From: Bugula neritina
Lineage: Eukaryota > Animalia > Bryozoa
DNA length: 64,000 nt
Direction: 5' to 3'
NCBI GenBank assembly: GCA_964035545.1
Contig: OZ037768.1
Span: forward strand, 3,876,741 to 3,940,740
The notes below the pieces were generated by a model. The model made no database searches and was not told where the DNA came from. It saw only the letters and a program-made list of their open reading frames with translations. Positions 1 through 13,300 of the stretch are shown piece after piece; the stretch's first letter is position 1; every line of letters starts with the position of its first letter. A program made the position numbers and the translations under genes.

Positions 1-2917
1 TCACCCTTGACTTCAGAAGAAGATCGGAAAAGATACGATCACATTGTAATTGTGGGGGGTGGACCTACAGGGGTGGAGTTTGGTGCTGAACTGTATGATT
101 TCATGGAACAGGTAAATGAGTGGTACTCTTATTATATGTATCTTTGGCGACATTTACACACTTCTCATTGCTATTACTTGGGGACTGTATTCCATTTCAG
201 TAACAGCCTGTAGTGATGAATTCAAGTTGGGATATATTTTATTTTATACTAATGTAGCGTGTTGCGCCAGTATTGAATCATCGTGTATAATAATATCCTA
301 TTTCTTTCAAGTTGTATATATTGATAAGAGAAACTGATGGCTGTATTGCTTTTGCAAAATGTGAATATACGCTGAGTGTCAAATATCGTAGCAACTTTTG
401 CACGTTGCCTGAAATGAAGTGTATATTTAGGACTTAAGAAAACTATACCCGAAGTCAAAGGAAGCTGCCAGAGTAACTCTGGTTGAGGCTAAAAATATCT
501 TAGCATCATTTGATGACAAGTTGAGGCAGTATGCAGAGAAGAAAATTAACCAGAGAGAGCAGTTCTCCATAATGAGGGACTCAGTGGCTGGTAGGAAGTT
601 TGACTTATATTTGTTTATAGTAAAGTGACGATAATCAGCTATTGACCCCTGTGAAAGATGTCGATATTTAAGCACATCATGTGACATAAATAGCAGTAGT
701 GCTGGAGTTGCGTGCCCTCTCAGTTCTAAAGTTTTAATGAACACAACACTACATTCTATTCAGAATCAAAAGATCACAGGAATTGACTAAACTCAGTCCC
801 ATGAACTTTGGGCTGTCTTGTAGTACTTATATGGTTAGATTGTTTGAGGAAATAAAATATCTTGGGTGAAGAGAGTAGAAAACTTTAATTTTGTTTAAAT
901 AAAGCAGCAAAACATGCCAACCTACTTTTGCCAGTTGCGACTGTAACCCACTACAAGATTACATTCTGTGAACATCAAATATATGCTGTTTAATCACTGC
1001 TTTGAAAAGTTTGCTTGTTTCAAGGGATTTCTATTCCCAGCTCTGCATCTCTTTGCACCCTTATTTATTTTCCTTTGCCATTTTTTAAAAGCAGTTTCAT
1101 AGAAATATCCTATTTGTAAATGGTTTTATTTAAACATGTTGTAAATCAATAGACACAGCCCACTATGTCACCAGAATATACCAGCTATTGGTTTATTTCC
1201 ACACAAGTTTATACCAAAATTTGGAGTGTTAGAGTCGCATGATATATTCCATATCTATTAGATATGTTTAAAATATAATATATTATTCGCGGACAGCTAA
1301 TTCTCAAGTATTGCTCATTAAAAACCAAGTTAATGATAAATAAAGACAAAAATACATAAATGTTACATTACCATGCAATTGTAGAAGTCCGAAGTGATGG
1401 AGTCTTATTAAAGAGTGGCGTGTTTCTCCCATGTGGTCTGGTAGTGTGGAGTGCTGGTGTGGCTCCTACAGACTTCGTTAGTCAACTTCCTTTTGCTAAA
1501 AATGTGATTGGACAGGTTTGTGTCAAGTTTTAGGCCAACTCACTATACATAGCATACATAATATACTATACTAACTATACATACCCAGTATACTATACTA
1601 ACTATATTATACTAACTATACTATACTAACTATACATACCCAGTATACTCTACTAACTATACACTCTATACATACTAACTATACTGACTACTGATATTGT
1701 ATTCATAGGACACAGTATGTGACAGCTCTACATAGCATTAGTTATACTCACTACATATATTAGACCATGTAGTATCTGATGTGTTGTGGAATATCTTACT
1801 AGATACTTACTGACAGACATCTCAAAGTTGCTGGACTGGATAGTCAGAACGTGTATGCTCTAGGAGATTGTGCAGATATTGATGGGCACTCACTACCTTG
1901 CACTGGTCAGGTACTGTAGTGAAATTACATCATGCTGAACGACACTAATAATAAAGCCTTTTTGTCTTTATAGGCTCTAAAAATATATATCTATGGTTTT
2001 ATTTAAGCAATAATGGAAAATATTTTACAGTTTTCTGAAAGTATGAATCACTGTTTTGTATTTATATACTTTTACATGAGTGAAGGTAGCAGAAAGAGAA
2101 GGCCGGTATTTGGCCAATCAGCTGAATGGAAAAGATTCAGCCCCTTTTGAGTATCAGGGGTTAGGCATGTTAGCCTTTATCGGAGATTTCAAAGCTGTCT
2201 CTGATCTGGCAGCGTTTAAAGATAGTGGTATGTAGTACTCTATTGTTTGCTGGGTGCATTTGTTCTATTTGTATTTCAGTTTATTGTTGACTTACTGGTA
2301 TTTTAGCTTCTAAAACTGTTTAATAGAAAGCTTGTTTGTTATACAAGGAGTTGTGTACACTTTAAATATGAATTTTAAGATTGATCCCTAAATATGCTTT
2401 TTTATATCAAACCTCGATATTATTGTACTCATAATTTGATGTTGGGTAAATCCAGTTGATTGCATAACTTTTAGTCATACCAAAAACCATTACTTGTGAA
2501 TTTGTAGGAGTTATCTTTTTTTATATAATTATTGCTAACCGTGAGATGTTAGGCTGTGTTCTGATCTTTACCGCATGTTTCAGCTAATTATTATTTTGCT
2601 CATGACTTTTCACTTGATTTTTTACTTTTGTGAATTTTTAAATATACTGTACACTTACAGAATTAATACATGTACACTCTTGGTTGTTTATTTGCATTTT
2701 ATTTTTGTTCATCTGCAACATGTTGCTGGCTAAAAGCTGTGACATAGTTTCTGATTTGCTGTTAATTTTTTGAGTGTTTTTCGTAGGATTTACTTCCTTT
2801 CTGCTGTGGCGGTCAGTCTATCTCACACGATTGGGAAACTGGAAACTCCGCATGCAGGTGCCTATTGACTGGTTCAAGACGTTTGTTTTTGGGCGAGATA
2901 CCTCCAGATTTGAGTAG
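1..2917 (+). CDS. Alternative (type II, rotenone-insensitive) NADH:quinone oxidoreductase, NDA-like; 3' part only (5' end lies upstream of window)
   Basis: Exons <1-111, 431-590, 1385-1515, 1803-1910, 2086-2227, 2787-2917 join in frame via GT-AG introns. Motifs: [17 protein letters not shown] (second Rossmann), [67 protein letters not shown]. Confidence 0.93.
1555..1690. repeat. Short degenerate intronic repeat (TATACTATACTAAC-like)
   Basis: Repeated ATACTAACTAT units and a duplicated CATACCCAGTATACT. Confidence 0.7.
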
Positions 2918-3997
2918 ACAACCCTGTACTTAGTTTTTACCCCTAGTCATATTAGCTGTGATTTAGTTGTGTATTTTATGCATGTTTCTGTTTCTGCTTA
3001 TTTATAGTAATGAGTATACTCTCTAGCTGTATAATAGTTCTATATCTTCACACTGTTGATTGTGTATAATATACCAGTGATTCAAAAAAATTTTGATTTA
3101 ATAAAAGAAGTATATTTTTCCGTTATTTTGTCTTTGTAGCTACTTATATTCACCATTTCACTATTTTTATCAGAGCCACTATAAATGATAAAATATTAGT
3201 ATTGATTGCTGTTGATACAATGAAATAAACTCTAATAAACTAACTTTGTGTATGTTCTTTCATAGAATTCACAATAATTTAACCAGTTATTGTTGTGATA
3301 TAAATAGTTGACTTTGCATTGAGGCTGTTATTTTTAAAAAAAAATTTATCACATTATTATGCAAATTCATTGAAAAGTTATCAATATGTGGTACTGAAGT
3401 TGCAATTCTGTACATGTTCTATAGATTTTTGTGCCAAAAACATTGCGTGTCAAGGATCTTTTTAAAATTTATTTCGCTGTGAAAATGCAAATAGTTGCCA
3501 CTTGACTGGCTTATAAAGAAAGGTTTGAAAACTCCAACATCCTCCATTACATTGACAATGGTGATAAAACAATTGCTCATTACTATTAGTATGAGTTATT
3601 CTCTCATTGTAAGGAACGCTTCTGTATTCTTGGCCACGAACTTGAGCAATAGGTACTATAGTAAGATTACTGTTTAGTTTAAGAAATAAAATAAAAAATT
3701 GTTAAGACATAAATTTTTTTCACAATAAATCTTTCTACATGTCCCAAAAAGCAGATAAATTTTGAGATTATTTTATCCTGAGTATTATTTTCTCAGTCAG
3801 ATATAGTTTCCGGCCAATGTTAGCAACTAAATTAGGAAATTTCTTAATATTATATTTATTGTCGTTTAATTTAGGCATGTATTTTAATTTTGTAGTTTTA
3901 TTCCAAAAATACAAATAAAAATGCCAATAGTTTAGCTACTTTATTTTTTAATCAATGACGTTTTGCCAAAATGTATCTGCATACTTGTGACATAGCT

Positions 3998-4370
3998 ATA
4001 GTAATACTAATACTAATAGTAATACTACTACTGCTATTGCCTATTACTATTACTATTAGTATTTGTATTAGTGCTATTACTAATTTAGTATTAGTAATAC
4101 TGTATTAGTATTGCCACTAGTAAGGGCATTAGTAGTAGTATTAGTATTACCACAGCTACTAGTACTAGTACTACTACTGCTAGTAGTAGTACTAATAGTA
4201 ATACTAATACTAGTACTAGTAGTAGTAGAACCAGTAGTAGTGGTACTACTAGTAGTAGTACTAGACTACTAGTACTACTACTACTAGTATTAGTTCTAAT
4301 AGTAATAGTACAAAAAACTTGTAGAGTAGCACAAGTGCTACTACTACTAGTACTAGTTGAGTAGTAAGTG
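3998..4370. repeat. Low-complexity (AGT/ACT/ATT)n tract
   Basis: Interleaved TAG/TAC/TAA triplets with many ACTAGT and AGTACT palindromes. Confidence 0.85.
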
Positions 4371-4570
4371 TAACTTGATCACCTATTCCTAGTCTGGAAA
4401 ATAAATAATATTCATAATAGTTAATGACTACTGATTTATTTAATCTTGATAGTATGTAACAGAAACTTAATAACTAACTTAGTAAACAAGTGCAATAGTC
4501 ACAGTTGTTGTTGAATTTTCTTTGTTTTTTGTTTTTTTAATTTAAATAAATATTCTTTAGAAAGAAGAGG

Positions 4571-7500
4571 ATGGGGCAAAAATATGACCATTTGCAATGT
4601 ATGGCTTGTGATGACCACCCAGTATTCTTTAGCATGAGCAACTTTATTGCACACAAGTTGAAAGTAGACCGTGAGTATGGCTACCAAGTTTTGGTTACCT
4701 TTTAGTTATTTATTTTAGACTTAAAAAAACATTTATAATGTAGTTTTGGGTCAAGTTTGAGATTTTATTGCAACTAGTTGTTTCAAAATGCTTTATATTA
4801 TAGCATATATTGTTTACCCTATTTTCTGTTGCATTTTGGTGTTAATAAAAAAGTATTTATTCAAATTATGAACTAAAAAGCTATAGAAGGTTTATCAGCA
4901 TTTTACTGCTAATGGTAGCATGTAAACTTGGTGTAGAATAAAAGTTTTTAACATTTAATCTACTAAAAACTTTCTTTTGCATAACAGGAAAATGTGAAAT
5001 GATTTAAAGTTATAATTTTAATTTCAACAGATGATGAAGAAAGCTGCTCAGTTCAGTCTCATGCAAACACATGTCAGCTTTGTCCACAGAGGTTTTCTCG
5101 CAAGTCAAGTCTGTTGATGCATTATACTTTGTATCACAAAGTTCATGGGCTAAGTAAGGTAGATTGTTGTTCTGAAAAGTCCAGGTTCCAAAAAAGAATA
5201 GGAAGGTCCAAGAAAATGACCTCACAATCTAAAGAAGGTATTATTTGTTATTCAGCTAGACTTGTGCTAACAACTTCACAGTATTTGCAGTCACTTCATG
5301 TTTGGCTATCTGTGAGAATAAATTAGTGTTTAATGATTTGCAAGTGATTATTATCTGCCCTGTTTAAATCTCTAAATGATAAAATTAAGAATTTTTATTT
5401 CAATTGGAAATAAAATCAAAATGAAATAAATGGAAAAGGCTACAATAATTACCGTCCATTATTTGGCACATAATAAGCTGGCAACTTGTTATATTAGAAA
5501 ACACTAGAAGGTAGTTAAAGTCCAAACCAACATTCTCTACTCATAACTAAAATTGTACACTATCATATCACAAATATCATAAACTATGTGATCACATATC
5601 ACTCTACTGCAGCAATTTCTGAAGTGTTCTCTGCTTGTAATTAGCTACTTGCTATCCAATAGACATATGATTTTTAGGCAAGCTCAGTTTTGTAAAACTC
5701 TGCTTACATAAATTGTGCTTTACTGCCATGTTTATATGTTTATTGCGTATTTTGCTTTTTATGCATAAAACTAATCATGTCTAAATACTTTATAATGCAA
5801 TTCTCATTCTTACATAACATGCTGCATGATTTTTCTTGTGTGCAATACAATACTCTATATTATTGATGTATTTCAGAGAAGTCAGAAGAGTTATCTGCTC
5901 GTGCTGGGTCTATTGTTGACGCATATTATGAGCCTGAGATTGAGACTGCTTTCAATGATTTCAACTTTACAATGCTACATCAAACTATTAAAGGTTCCAG
6001 GTAGGCCACATAAATATTGTGAATATAGTGGTTGCCTAATAATTGTTTATTATAGTTTGGCTACAAAGAAATTGAACCTATTGGTCTTTGTCCTATTTGA
6101 TTTCAGTTTTCTAATGGGAATAAACTGAAAATAGGCCGACATCTTGTTTAGTTAAGACAGTTATAAACTTAATGTAAATTTTAGTCAAACTTTTTACCTA
6201 CCGTACATGTTTAGTAGGATTTCAAATGGAGTTCTATTTGGTCAATTTTTAGATCCAAAGATTGTAATTGATTCAATTATATTTTATACTCTTGTTTTAT
6301 TGTAATATTATAAACAAAATTTCTTTTAGTCTGTCGTATTTAAAGACCCACTTGGCCTGTTTATACTGTCAACACAAGTGCCTACAAATGTTAGACTTGG
6401 TGAGACACATGCAAGATGTTCATCCTGATATTACTTGCCTACCAGTTGAACAACAAGAAGTTCCAAATGACAAGCTTTCTGTAGTTTTAAGGTATGGATT
6501 AGTAAACATTGCAGGTTTGGCTTAACTATCCGATATTAAAATGTTTAATTAATAGTGATTTGAGAGACAATTCCTGGACTAGTAAATTCATGTAGAAGAG
6601 TAATTTTCATAACAATTTATGACAGACACATAAACTGTTGATTTTGGAACTATACATCTCAAATGATTTTTTTGTAAGGCACTAAACCAATTTGTGTGAT
6701 ATTCATAAAGGATCTTTTCTAAATTAAAGCATGCTATATTGTGTACATTTCATGGTAGAGTTTCAATAATGCTTATAATATAGTTTTGTGTTGCATTTTG
6801 TTGGTAAATTATAATGGATGGATTACAGAGCATCAGATTACGTGCAGCAAGCTAACCACATGTTTAGTAACGAACCTCCCCCACCATCTCCTACTAAACA
6901 GCCTACTTCTGATGCAGATCTCACCTGTGAATTCTGTCACAAACTGTTTGCCAAGTAAGTGACATGCATTCTGCAGGATGTTGTGAGGTGTGTAGTTGCA
7001 CACAAATTATTTAATATTATATGCACATTTTGAATAACAATGTTCATTAAATTCTCTCTCTATTTATTAATGGGTATGATTGCTTGTGTGGCAAAACATT
7101 TAAAGAATGATTCTAAAATTGTTACTTAAATTACATGTGTGTCTGTGTAAGCTCCATTCGGTTCTTTTGGGTGTAGTAGCAACTTTCTATTTTGCCGGAT
7201 GCATGTTGTAGTAAATCATATCTTCGGAGACATCGCGATAAGCAACACCTGAAGCCCAACACTTTCAAGTGCGATTTATGTGATCATGTGGAGACAACTA
7301 AGCAGAAAATTCTTTTACACAAGTAACATGCATCATTTATACTATTTTATGCATTACTTAGAATGCCTATACTATGCTCACTACTTGTATATTACTATCC
7401 TTATATACAAACGTTCTATTATATAACATCTAAACCTATACATCTTATATCATTATTTTAAGAATAATTTTTTGAGAATTCTAGCGAAAGCTGTGTATTG

Positions 7501-9392
7501 TTTTACTGCTACAGATGTGTTTTATTGTTTTCAGGCAGAGGCATTCAGTGAAGGAATTTCGTTGCAAAGAGTGTGACTTTGTGTCTACATTTAAAGCTGC
7601 CATCCAAAATCACCGACAGATTCACAGTAACGACAGCTATATTTGTGACATTTGTGGTAAAGCCTATCAGATGAAAGATACACTGCAAAAACATAAACGT
7701 GTAAGTCTCAGGGAAATGCTTTTATTTTTACATCTAGTTGTGGTGAAACATTAAAAGCAGTAGACATCTTTAAGGTGTAAGCTCAGTTCTTTCTTTATAA
7801 ATCTTGAGATTATTAGTGCTTTTGAGTGTCAAAGAATATTTATCGACGTGCAAAATTGTCTGTGTGTTTTAGGTACATGACAAAGACCGGCCGTTTCCCT
7901 GCACCTACTCTGGATGCACATTTAGGTTTAAAACTGAAAGAATGTATAGGGGCCATTTGAAGACTCATTATAGTGATAGTAGTAGCTTCCCCTGTACAGA
8001 GTGTGGGTGAGTAGCTGGTTCATTATCTGATGAAAAGGAAAAATATTGAACATTGCATTTGCTATTAGATATAATACTCTGTAAGCCAAAGAAGGGGTTC
8101 ATATATATTCTTCGTTCATGTTTCAGCAGAACCAAAAGATTTCTTTTTCAAACTTTCACTCACATGTTTGCACTTTGCAGTAAATTTTAATATGCTTGGG
8201 TAATGAGGCGCTTTTTTGACTATCTTTTTAGTTTGGGAATTAAAAATGTCATTTTCTAAACAATATCAGACTAGAAATTCTGTTTTAGGGATAGGTATAC
8301 AACACTGCAGTGAAAATTTCTTTCAAATTATCAACATTAACATAAGTAACGTTTAGAACAAAGAAAATTGGAGTTCAATGTTTTTCAACTTTTGAAAAAT
8401 ATATCATTTCATGTTAAGGCAAATATTTTTTCTGCTCAGTTTGTAAAAATAGAAAACAACTCCCAATAATATTGTTTGAGCACCAAGGTGCATGTAGTTA
8501 TGGTAGATTTTATCTAGCATTTCATGTTTAGTAATGTTAATATGTTTAGATATACTTTTCGGCATAAACACCACCTAAAAAGGCATATGGAAAATACACA
8601 CAACATTACATTTGCAAGAAATCAGAGAAGATGCAACACAAATATTCCAAAACAAGGATTCATAATAGAAGATTCCTCCTCAGGTTTCTTTAGAAAAGCT
8701 GTTCCGGCGAATGATAGGCAAGTAGATATTCCATCAAAATGTATTTTATTGTTTTTATATTTATGGTTTTAAATTAAAATATTGAATCCTGGCTTATATA
8801 GCTTTCAAGAATATTGTTTTTAAAAAAGCAGATTTATTTTTGGCTATAATTAGTATATCAATGTTAATTAATAAATTTGTTAACCAAAATTATAATATTA
8901 TAATAGTTGGATTTGTTGAAGTAGCAACATTTTGAAATTGAATGTTTTAGTGATTCTCCAGCGATAAACCTGCAGAATATCATACTGACAGAAGGCTTCG
9001 AACTGGACTCTTCGCGGGAGATTGAACAAGAAAATGGCTCACCATCAGCAATCCTCTTGAAAAACTCTGCATACACTGCTGATGCTGTCTCAGCCGTGTA
9101 CGATCAACCTGGAGTATTTGATCACCACACTTCCGATCAAGCTACACTCTTCATACCTGGTCAGAAAGATGATATTGTGGGCAAAAAGGTGATTGTTCAA
9201 CATAAGGAATCTCCTCAGGTCCTGCTAGATGATGTTCCTTACACATTTGAAGACACCTGTGAAGAGTCTATAATTGAAGTGGCACCCAGTCAGATAGCTG
9301 CAACAGTAGAGTTTATTGTTCAAACCGACTCAGAGAATGTTGCCTTCGACTCTGATGATCCTGTGGCGGTGACAGATCCATTATTTGTATAA
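4571..9392 (+). CDS. C2H2 zinc-finger protein (~579 aa, ~9 fingers, acidic C-terminal region)
   Basis: Exons 4571-4670, 5031-5237, 5877-6000, 6330-6491, 6829-6954, 7212-7322, 7535-7700, 7873-8006, 8550-8717, 8951-9392 sum to 1740 nt in frame. Fingers include CQLCPQRFSRKSSLLMHYTLYH, CKECDFVSTFKAAIQNHRQIH, CDICGKAYQMKDTLQKHKRVH, CTYSGC..H..TH and CTECGYTFRHKHHLKRHMENTH. Start codon and last intron (GC donor) are less certain. Confidence 0.85.
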
Positions 9393-10377
9393 AATTCAAC
9401 TTCATATGTTCTATAGAGTTTAACTTCTTATGTTATCTATAGTGAGACAGTAGTGATACAAACAGCCAGGCTGAAATATACACTTGAATGTCAACTGAAT
9501 GGACTTGAGGAGCTTTTCTTTTGTTTGTGATATTTTAGGATCTGATCATGCATGTCTAATATGAATTCAAGCATTTTCATTAGTCATGAACTAAAAAAAT
9601 GTTGGAAACATAATATCTCCGAGTAAAGTTCACAACTACAACATTGTTTTATTGAATAAAAAACAAATTCTCTAATGTTAAAGTAAAATCTTGCTTGCTG
9701 TGCATTTTGAATTGATTGCTTGAATATCCGTACTAGAAATTGTGTTGTAATCACGTAAATATAGTTTGTGCTATTTTCACAATAATCATAGAAAGTGAGC
9801 ATATTGAGGTCTCGAGTTTTCACCTCTCAGCTACGACAACAAAGCCATAAAATATGAAGTATACTGTTACACTACAAAAGCATATTATAAGCAACGACAC
9901 AATTACAATTAGCAAAATTACGTGATGACCCATATGAAGTTACGCCAATTGTAAAAATATAACATCTAAAAATCACTGTTTGAAATCTGTGCAAGAATAA
10001 TATAAAAATAACAAAATAATTTTCCACTGCACTATTGAATGAAAATGTTATAGAGTTGTAAAGGAAGAGAGTTTGATAGAAAGAGAGTAAATAGAATGAA
10101 TATTTATAAAGCCTAGCATATCACATTGTAGAGACGGAGCAGCCGCTGCTTATATGATTTTCAACGGTGGGAATGCTATCTGAACTTGTTAGTATGAACA
10201 ACTAAAAAATATAATCAGCAATTCTTTTGAAAAACTATCCTTCAAGCTCGATGTAAACAAACCAGAAAATAAATAATTCAACAAGGTAGAAATATTTTAT
10301 GCCTAGAAACTACACATCAGCGTTTATCGTGCACAGCTAAATCCCAGCACCCATTTCCGACATCAATAATTAGAGCG

Positions 10378-13300
10378 CTAAGCTGATGAGATGACACAGA
10401 GGTTGCCATTCTTGCCTTTGACGGTCTTGGCTACGGGACCTGTTGAGAACTCTATCATACCTTCTTTACCAGTTTTCAGCACATGCTTGATGCTAAAATC
10501 AATAGAAAACTTCATTAGTTTCCAAAGCTATACAAAACTGATACGTTTATGTTAAAAACATAATGACAGTAGATTAGGGCCTACCATGTTGTAGTATACT
10601 AAATGGCTTTTAATTTAAGATGCTTTTCATATATTGGTGATAGCAGATAATGGCTGATTTTTTACACTCATACTCTGTGCATACCCAAAGCTTCCTTTAT
10701 TTCATTATAATACTTTGTCATTACAAATTGATTTTTTATTCTCAAATATTTGTTACACAGAAAAGACTGGATTATATACCAAATACGTCTCATAAACAGT
10801 GAACTGCTGACTTACACTCCCTCACTGATGACGTTGATGAGCTGCGAGTCCTTACACTGCATGGCTATCATTGTACAAGTCTCGTACACATTAGGAGTCT
10901 GAAGTATAACATCTCCTTTGACCCCGTTGTCTGTTTGGTTCAAGTGTAGGACTAGTATATTATCACTAAATGGACTAACAGAAACTCCTGCAAACATCAA
11001 CAAGCACATGTAAAATCAAAGAATGTCTTATATCATCATTTTAGGTTATTTGTGGAGAAACTTTGTATGCCACAATACTATACCTAAGGACCATTTTGAT
11101 TTCCACTGTTAATAATGAAACAATTTTGATAAAGATAGAAGTAGTATAGTTGGACGTACCTTTGAGTACCTCCAGTAGTATGATGTCTTTGATTTCCTTC
11201 TTCTCAGCCACCAGGTAGATGGCGTTGTCAGCTAACATGAAGAGACGGTCTCGGTTTTTATAACCATTTCTGTCGAACTTGACAGCAGGGCAAGCGTACT
11301 GTAAAAGTCAAGTGGTTATAGGTAGACAGGTTAAAGCATGTGTAACTTCAGCTTAAAGCTTAGAAGATTTAAAAAAATTCACAAATAAAATTACAAATAG
11401 AGCCCTGAATAAACAACAAAGCAAGGAACTTATGCAATGATATCTGTATGAGGTAACAGAAAAAAGTTCACTAGAATATTCTTTCCCCCAGAGTAGCTTA
11501 CTAAAACTTTATGACTATGCATGTGAAGACTTTAGAAGGCATGAACCATGAATGGTATCAGCATTACACCCCGACCCAACATGAGTTTTAAGCTCACCAC
11601 AATCTCTACAGGTGGGTCCAGCTTTTTGTTCAATTTTGAAAAGACTTGAGTATGTAATTGATTCAATCCTGATATGCCTTGAAGTCCAACTATGTGATCA
11701 GCTGTGATAAAAATATATATACATTATATTAACTACTAGCTCTAAACAAAGTTATTGCACCCAAAACATATTATACCTACAATTCTATAAGTCAAACAAT
11801 TAACCAGGATTACCATGGTTATAGAATATAGTAAAAAACTGTGCTGAGTTTATTGGCTAAATAAATACAAGAATGCGCTCTGAATTTAATCCTATTATGC
11901 ACTCACAGCAACAACCTTATTCAAAAATTGCCGAGTGAAGTATAAAAATGGATTTACTATGTGCAGTTGAATTGTCTGTATTTTACCTGTGCAATACACA
12001 CAGGTATATTTCTATGTACACTCGTGTACGTATATTTAGATCTGCAGTGCAGCACAATACCTGGTGTGTAAAGAGAGAATAAATCCTTCACTCTGGCACT
12101 GTACGAGGACTTCTGTCCTTTGAATATGTCTTCTGCTAGCACTTTGAGTTCCATCTGGGCTTTTCTCTCAGGACTGATAGTGTTGCAGTACTTCCTGACC
12201 ATATTGGACATGACCAGCTCTCTCATGTAGTCATTTGCCTAATTAACAGTCAATCGTTTATACAACATCCAATAGATGAACTATAGCTGGCAGTTTATAG
12301 TTTCAAGTTTTGACTCTTTGTTAAAATTTAATCCCTCAAATAACCAAACAGCGAAAACTGTTAATAGCTATAAAATCCTTATCAATAAAGAGCAACAATG
12401 TAAATCCTAAATTGAAAACTTGTTTTGAAAAATGCTAATGGGATAGTTTATGATGGCAACTTTTCCACAACTAAAACATGTTTGACGCAGTAATAGTTTT
12501 GTAACATAGCTGTCCATGTCAGCGAGTAGAATGCATACATATTTAGATACAATTTAAGCAGTTTGAGAAGAAAGAGCATAGTTTCCATAACTGACATGGT
12601 TATCCCACAGGCCAAATCAAGAGACATAAATCTCCATATAAGATATAAACTCAGTAAAAGCTGTCAAAATTGTATAGTGGAAAAGCTACAAAACTTCATA
12701 ATTTCCAAGAATGTTTAAATTACAAGACAAACTGTGGTTGATTAAACTTAAACCCAGCACAATAACAATTACACACTCCTCATAGCAGCAGGGTTTCCTA
12801 AACTTAGCAACAAATAAAATCACTCACTTCTTGTACCAGTCTGGGTGCCTGGGGCCAGCTCTTGTCCAGGACTGTCTTTGGCAGTGAGTCTCTCAGTCTA
12901 ATCAAGTAGTTGTATCTGGTGAAGTGAATAAAGCCTTTGTTTTCTTCACACTCTGGCTCATTCCTCAGGATAAACCCTTTGATATACCTAATAAAATATT
13001 AGCTAATCTGTAATTACCACGCCAACCAATATAGAATATCGACTTTTGACCACAATGGGTCAAATGCAATTAGTACCACGTCTTGCAGGTGGCAGGGCTG
13101 AAGGATGGTAGATCTTGTTGTGTTGACAAGGCATTATTTGACAGGACAAGCACCAATGAGGCATTTATTGATAATCAAAAATTCAGTGACTGAAAAACAA
13201 CCTCCAGTCGGTATGTAATAAGAAATGACTCATACAAGTAACAAATATGTCTCAAAATATGTGCCAGCTAGTTACACTGTAAGCACAAACATACTTTCTC

